Source: Vicugna vicugna (taxonomy: Eukaryota). From it: 64,000 nt of DNA. Under the pieces are notes generated by a model. It saw only the letters and a list, made by a program, of their open reading frames with translations. It made no database searches and was not told where the DNA came from. This document shows, piece after piece, positions 62,237 to 64,000 of the stretch. The translations under genes and the position numbers were made by a program. The stretch spans positions 5,192,066 to 5,256,065 of the forward strand of contig MU058221.1 in NCBI GenBank assembly GCA_013265495.1. The letters run 5' to 3'. How positions within the stretch are numbered: position 1 is the stretch's first letter; each line of letters opens with the position of its first letter.

Positions 62237-62481
62237 TTTTTTTTTTTTTTAACATTTTTTATTGATTTATAATCATTTTACAATGTTGTGTCAAATTCCA
62301 GTGTTCAGCACAATTTTTCCGTCATTCATGGACATATACACACTCATTGTCACATTTTTTTCTCTGTGAGATATCATAACATTTTGTGTATATTTCCCTG
62401 TGCTATACAGTATAATCTTGTTTATCTATTCTACAATTTTCAAATCCCAGTCTATCCCTTCCCACCCTCCACCCCCCTTCT
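62237..62481 (-). mobile_element. Young 5'-truncated L1 with a perfect 14-bp TSD
   Basis: Poly-T then L1 3' UTR. CACATATTGATTCT at 62223-62236 and 62482-62495. Confidence 0.85.
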
Positions 62482-64000
62482 CACATATTGATTCTGAAGC
62501 CAGTTTTACAAATGTGGAGGCTGAGGCATGGAGAGATTGAATGTTATGTATGTCCCAGCTCCCACAGCCTTGGCAGATTTGGGATTTGAACCCAGGCAGT
62601 CTGGCCTCTGCACCTGCACACAATGCAGCCTTTCTCAAAGGGGTGGAGGTTTGGGTTCCCTTATAACTCCGGATAAATGGCCATCATAGTAAAGAACCTG
62701 GGCATGTGTCTTTCAGGAACAGCAGGACCAGGATGCTCTGCGTGCAACTGGCAATGGTAAGAAACAGGAAAACAAAGAAATCGATCACGTTGACTGTTTC
62801 CTCCATCCTGTGATGAGTGAGCTTGACCTTGCTACGTCCCCAGCACAGATCTGAGGAATGATGCAACAGAGAGTGGGTAATCACTAGGCTTTTCTTGTGA
62901 GTTAAATAAACACTTGAAATTCCACCCTTCCCTTCCCTTTTTCATCCAAGTGGCCTAACTCTGTCACGTGAACTCAGGGTTTCCATGTTCTGATTAGAAG
63001 TTGCCGGTCGGTGGATAGTTAGGGTTAGCAAATTTTATAAACTTCTTTTCATTTTTGATCAAGAATCTTGGAATGTTCATTCCCCAGGAGTGGAAGGGTC
63101 ACATTTGGCCTTTGGATCCCAAACATTGAGGGGAAATGGAGAATTCTTTCTTTCTTGGGATAAGCTGGTGTATCTGCCTGATTCATTGATGACAAGCGAC
63201 AGAAACTGACTCAAGCTAAATTAAGAAAAGGGGAGTGATTGGGTGGCCAGGATGCCTCAGGGTGGAAGGGAAGACCTAGAACTTCCTGCCAGGAATCAGG
63301 AGCGGTGGGTTCCTGGTTCTGGGGGCTTGCCTGCCCCTAAGATGTGCTTTGCTATATACTTGGATGACAACTTTGGTGTTGACTCAACAGACTTCCAGAG
63401 TACTGCCTGTGGGCCAGCAGGAGACGGTCCCTGTCTTGGCCACCATGCTCCCAACCAGGAGCTCTACAAGGTGAATGATGGTCAGAGTCAAGGGGCTGCA
63501 TGGATGTGTTACTGCTCAGAGCTCAAGTCCCAGAATTTGTGGGTGATTTATCAAAAACAAAACAAAACAAAACAAAAAACAAAACCAAGTTTGCCCCCCA
63601 GCCCCACGCCCAGCCCGAGATGATGTTCTGAGACTGGGGGACCTGAGCTGTGCCCACCTGGGGGAGCAAATGCCCTGTAGCCTGGGCAGGGTTTGGTCAG
63701 ACTTGCTTGAATCCCCTTCCCAGACTTCCTTAGATGTGGGCATCTTTTCTTTTTTTTTAAGTTGTGGATTATTTTTCACATTTCATATGAGGACATTAAT
63801 CCTGAGGTTGCTTCCCTCTCCAGCCGGCTTAGGTGATACAAGTGCTGCCACCTACTGGAGGAAAAAATAACTGTTTCATCACATTAGGAAGAGAGAAATT
63901 TCTTGACGGGCCTCAAAGCTTCCAACCTCTTTCTTATTTCCCTCACATTAACTGGTATTATTATGAGTCAACTTTTCATAAAAACAATTAGATACCAATA

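Noticed and set aside
1..64000. CRISPR arrays, operons or prokaryotic defence systems
   Set aside because: The window is intron-containing mammalian DNA and no regularly spaced repeat array was seen.

Overview
Mammalian genomic DNA, probably camelid (inferred from tRNA-Ala-derived Vic-type SINEs and L1 3' tails). It holds the conserved syntenic block TMEM150A(-) / C2orf68(-) / USP39(+) / SFTPB(-) / GNLY (NK-lysin)(+). I reconstructed all five spliced CDSs by hand from GT-AG boundaries, and all are intact: 271, 166, 565, 369 and 146 aa. The rest is introns and intergenic DNA with SINEs, L1/L2/MIR fragments, solo LTRs, a decayed ERV-L pol remnant, DNA-transposon fossils, microsatellites and one 31-N gap. 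I see no convincing new biological system. The best leads are: (1) the head-to-head saposin-like genes SFTPB and GNLY share intron positions; (2) a 448-codon antisense ORF crosses the USP39/C2orf68 promoter; (3) an overlapping uORF in TMEM150A; (4) a possible alternative USP39 first exon at the TMEM150A CpG island; (5) inverted SINE pairs around USP39 exons. Comparisons with human and pig proteins are from memory, and repeat family names are tentative.
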